A DNA stretch of 64,000 nt from Candidatus Bathyarchaeota archaeon (lineage in GTDB: Archaea; Thermoproteota; Bathyarchaeia; Bathyarchaeales; Bathycorpusculaceae). The stretch lies in NCBI GenBank assembly GCA_963811105.1, contig CAWEPZ010000011.1:736001-800000 (forward strand), written 5' to 3'. Both the position numbers and the translations under genes were made by a program. The notes beneath the pieces are model-generated. The model worked only from the letters and a program-made list of their open reading frames with translations, did no database searches and was not told the DNA's origin. Positions 60,461 through 64,000 of the stretch are shown here, piece by piece. Position 1 is the first letter of the stretch, and the number at the start of each line of letters is the position of its first letter.

Positions 60461-60581
60461 TTTCTCCTATTTTTTGTGTTTCAGAAGTCTTTTCTAATTT
60501 GTTTTTAAAACTTGCTATAATGACAAATCTAATTAAAAAAAATCTTGTTTAAATTGATCAAGAGTTGAGATTTTATACAAA
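60461..60581 (-). promoter_or_regulatory. duplicated promoter/5'UTR, copy B
   Basis: First 82 bp identical to 57572-57653. Confidence 0.85.
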
Positions 60582-60723
60582 TTCAATACCACTTGTCAAA
60601 AAATTGTAAATAAAGGCTTTTTTACTTGTATTGTTTTCAGGAGTCGATCGACGGCAGAAACTTTAGATGTGGTATGCACCGCTAGTGAGTAATGCTTTTA
60701 TTTATTTGTCTTCAGTTGAGATT

Positions 60724-61194
60724 ATGAATAATAATCAGGTAGCGATTGATTCTATTGATGCTAAGCTGATTATTCTACTGCTCAAAAATGCTCGGACAAA
60801 AACAAAAGATTTAGCCGAAGCATGCGGCATATCCTCCACTGCAGTAGGAAACCGAATAAAAAAACTAAAAAAAGACGGCGTCATAACAGGATCAGCCCTT
60901 ATGTTAGATATGAGTCAAATGGGCTTTATGTATCCTGCATTGGTAAGCATCGAAAGAATGCGCGAAGAGCACTTTGCTAAGGTGATCTCTTTAATCAAAA
61001 GCCGTTCAGGCCTTGTTCTTTATAATCCAAGTTTCGGTAAGTCAGATTTTTCAATTTTCTTGGTTGCAAGAACCCTTAGAGACTTAGATTGTTTAAAACA
61101 GTCAATAAGGAAATATTCAGCCGGTCGAATTTCAGTTGATTTATGGAGTACACCGTTTTTCTGCTTTGAAAACCTAAACATTGAAGGAAAATAA
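60724..61194 (+). CDS. Lrp/AsnC transcription regulator
   Basis: IDSIDAKLI...NAR...LAEACGIS...RIKKL...GVI. Confidence 0.9.
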   Translation: MNNNQVAIDSIDAKLIILLLKNARTKTKDLAEACGISSTAVGNRIKKLKKDGVITGSALMLDMSQMGFMYPALVSIERMREEHFAKVISLIKSRSGLVLYNPSFGKSDFSIFLVARTLRDLDCLKQSIRKYSAGRISVDLWSTPFFCFENLNIEGK

Positions 61195-61206
61195 GGACGT
61201 TTTATT

Positions 61207-61662
61207 TTGGATGAGATTGACTTAAAAATCCTTCGTCTGCTTACCCAAGATGCCCAGATGCCTTTCTATAAGGTAGCTAAAATCGTTGGTATTTCACCGA
61301 GAACAGTTGAACTGAGATTTCGCAAATTAGTACGAGCACACATAGTTCTGCAGTCGACAATTCTAGTTGATCTTGCCAAAATTGGCTATGCAGGAAAAGC
61401 CTACATATCAATAACAACCCGTCCAGGAGCTGATCAGTCTATAATCACGGAAGAGCTGAAGAAAATTGAGGGCATATTCCTCATAACACAGATAATTGGT
61501 GATTATGATATTTTTGCACTTTTTGTTTTCAGAGATTTAGTTAGTGTTATAATGGTTGTGGATTGCATCAAAAAGTTACCAGGTGTCGAGAGAGCCGACG
61601 TTTCTTTTGTTTGTGATACAACTTATCCAGTTTCCCAATGGGTTCATGAACAGTTGCGCTGA
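61207..61662 (+). CDS. Lrp/AsnC transcription regulator
   Basis: MDEIDLKILRLL..DA..PF..VA..VGIS; GDYD in the RAM domain. Confidence 0.92.
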   Translation: MDEIDLKILRLLTQDAQMPFYKVAKIVGISPRTVELRFRKLVRAHIVLQSTILVDLAKIGYAGKAYISITTRPGADQSIITEELKKIEGIFLITQIIGDYDIFALFVFRDLVSVIMVVDCIKKLPGVERADVSFVCDTTYPVSQWVHEQLR

Positions 61663-61746
61663 ATCGCCACCTTTTACTTCTAATTGCTTTCCCTCATAGG
61701 AAGTTGCATAGCCCATTGTTTTGTTCAGTTGTTTATCGAATGAGTT

Positions 61747-62037
61747 TTGCCTGGGCGTAGCGGTTCAGGCAAGAATAGTATTGCAAAGCAGCTTTTTCCA
61801 GATGCTTACATTCGAAGTTTTGAGAACAATAGCAAGTGTGTTTTAGACGACTTTCCTTCAAAGCTTGAGACCGGTGAAATTACAAAGATGCTTTGCGGTG
61901 TTGGCTTTGCGTCTCCGCCTCACTTGCTTAAGGCGTATGATTGTTTGAGTCAAGGTGAAAAGATTAGCATTGACATTGCGCGTGCGCTTTGTTTAGATAA
62001 GGTGTTGATTGTGTTTGATGAGTTTACTTCCGTTTAA
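61747..62037 (+). pseudogene. ABC-type ATPase fragment
   Basis: GRSGSGK, LSQGEK, IVFDEFTSV then stop; truncated at both ends. Confidence 0.7.
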
Positions 62038-62282
62038 AATGTAAAATACGATGATGACTTCAATTAATTGGTGGTTGGTTGGATTAAAATTTAATACACA
62101 CACAAAACAACGAATAAGAGGAAAAAGGGGAAATGCTCTATTTTCAACTAAAACCAATATTGTGGGAGCTCTCGAATTATCTATTACGGAAGAACAATTA
62201 AAAATTGCCTAAAAAAAATGGAACTAAATATCTCTAATACCAAGGTTTACAACAAGATGAGAAAAAGGGGGAAAATGGGAAT

Positions 62283-64000
62283 TTACTTTTTCCTATACAG
62301 AATTACTCCAACTATCGCAACTGCTACTATGACTGCAATTACTCCGCCGATTATGGTCATTGTGTAGTCAGGAATAGAAATTTGCTGTTGTTGTCCTGTA
62401 TTAGTTGATGCCGGTGCTGGACCTACTGAGATGGCGGTTGAGGCTCCTGAGCTGGCGTAAGAGTCGTCGCCCGCGAAGGATGCTATGATTTTGTATGTGC
62501 CTTCGGCTGGTGGTGTCCAAGCTTGTTCGTATGTGCCATAGTAAGCGCTGGTTGTCACCGTGCCGATGTTGATGTAAGTGCTATTCTCGTCTATTGCTGT
62601 TAGGGTTACAGGGATACCGGTCATGGTGATGTTATGGTTGAGTCCGTCGATTGGGTGCTGCATATATAGGTATTCCATCTGGGTTGTCATTGAGTCCTTG
62701 GATACGCATGGTGTGCCTGGTTGTGCTGGTGATTGGTCCAAGACTGCACCTTTTATGACTACTCCCTGTCCTTTGGCTATTACGACGTCAGGTGCTGTAA
62801 CTGTTGTTGTGCTCTTGCCCTTGCCGAACACGTACATGTATCCGTCGTACAAGTTGCATGCTGTAAGGTAGCCGTCGGCAACAATGCCGGGAGCCATGCC
62901 TCCAGTCACGTTCCAGATATCTTTGCCAGATGTTGCGTTAATGCAGAATAGACGCCATCCTCTTGTGAGTGGCGCGCTAGGTGAGTGTTCCAAGTTATAC
63001 GCGTAGATTTTTCCGTCAGCAATGATGTTACCTGAGAACCATGAGTATTGTCCTTGGTAGGGAGTTTCGTATTGGTAGGGAGTTGGCGCTTCGAATACCC
63101 ATTGTACTTTGCCGGTGTTCCAATCGATAGCTCGCAAGCCAGCGTATGTTGGGTCATATAGAAGTCCGTAAGCTGATGACACGTAGTAGGCTCCGAAGGT
63201 GTCCCATGGCCAGCTGGTGGATTCGCTTTTCCAAAGTTGCTTGCCTGTGAATAAGTCCCAGCAATAGTAGAAGCCGTCATTCATACGTATGGCGAATTTC
63301 CCGTGGTCTGCGCATGCTGTACTTCCGCTGAATATCCCAAAGCCTGTTCCCAGCGTGTTGTTCCACAGTATTTGCCCTGTGTTAATGTTCACAGCAGTTA
63401 AGATTGCATCGGAGGTCACTCCTACAGCAGGGTTTGTTATTCCGGTTGTTGTGACAGCTACGCCAGTTTCGAAATCGCATGTGCTTGGCAAGCTGTTTAA
63501 TGGCCAAGTTATGTTGCCCATTATTCTGGTTGTGAAATTGGTGCTTGATCCTTCCATAGTCCAGTTGACTAGGCGATATCGCTGAGCACCTGCTGAGGCA
63601 CCAAGATCTTGCACGCTGAGGACATAAGGATCTGCGTAGATAGTTCCGGAGGTGAGTGGAGAAATTGATATGTTCGAACTTACCGCCCCGTTGGTTGGAC
63701 TGTACTTTATTAGTTGTCCGCCGCCTAAGTATACAAGCATCATGTGTAGTCGGTCTGCTCTCTGTGTTGCTCCTGGAACAAGTGGGGTGTCGAATGCGGT
63801 TGAAACCACCGTAGGCATTTGAGAAGTCCACGGTTGTTCCCATATAACCTCTCCTGTGCGTACATCTGTGCATCGCCAAACGTACATTGGGTTTCCATTA
63901 AATACACTCATGACTTTGCCGTAGAGTCGCCCTTGAAAAAGTATTGCCGGGTTGCCGTCTGTGCCTGGACCTGCATTGTATGCGCCTGTCGCGGTGCTAA
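62283..64000 (-). CDS. PQQ-like beta-propeller surface protein, paralog 6 (5' end outside window)
   Basis: Frame is open to the window edge (PAILFQGRLYGKV); family motifs; C-terminal TM. Confidence 0.88.
   Translation of the reverse strand, partial: STATGAYNAGPGTDGNPAILFQGRLYGKVMSVFNGNPMYVWRCTDVRTGEVIWEQPWTSQMPTVVSTAFDTPLVPGATQRADRLHMMLVYLGGGQLIKYSPTNGAVSSNISISPLTSGTIYADPYVLSVQDLGASAGAQRYRLVNWTMEGSSTNFTTRIMGNITWPLNSLPSTCDFETGVAVTTTGITNPAVGVTSDAILTAVNINTGQILWNNTLGTGFGIFSGSTACADHGKFAIRMNDGFYYCWDLFTGKQLWKSESTSWPWDTFGAYYVSSAYGLLYDPTYAGLRAIDWNTGKVQWVFEAPTPYQYETPYQGQYSWFSGNIIADGKIYAYNLEHSPSAPLTRGWRLFCINATSGKDIWNVTGGMAPGIVADGYLTACNLYDGYMYVFGKGKSTTTVTAPDVVIAKGQGVVIKGAVLDQSPAQPGTPCVSKDSMTTQMEYLYMQHPIDGLNHNITMTGIPVTLTAIDENSTYINIGTVTTSAYYGTYEQAWTPPAEGTYKIIASFAGDDSYASSGASTAISVGPAPASTNTGQQQQISIPDYTMTIIGGVIAVIVAVAIVGVILYRKK

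Noticed and set aside
2175-63879. Many short antisense or overlapping ORFs in the track (e.g. 16007-16498, 42160-42681, 59740-60192)
   Set aside because: They are shadows of well-supported genes and show no motifs of their own.
49959-64000. Diversity-generating retroelement or invertase-driven shufflon acting on the paralogs
   Set aside because: No reverse transcriptase, no adenine-specific TR/VR pair, no invertase, and all paralogs are co-oriented.

Overview
Archaeal DNA, most likely Bathyarchaeia. This is inferred from eukaryote-like topoisomerase IB, aRF1, ftr, an MA1821/MA1822-type homocysteine module and an expanded family of large membrane-anchored beta-propeller proteins. The first ~24 kb is an accessory island: an SF1 helicase split by an IS701-like element, three integrase-like relics, and six (possibly seven) same-orientation copies of a fixed-length ~36-nt dyad-symmetric site with a tRNA T-arm-like half (consensus GGGTGNYAYCTCCA-N8-DGGGTTCAANTCCM). 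These sites delimit small gene modules. One module is a B12-radical SAM enzyme with a C-terminal RRE-like domain plus a candidate RiPP precursor. 24-38 kb encodes surface, redox and secreted-protein modification functions, 38-49 kb is housekeeping, and 50-64 kb is a cluster of four beta-propeller paralogs with interspersed regulators. No complete tRNA, rRNA or CRISPR array was seen. All family calls come from motif recognition by eye; no database searches were run.
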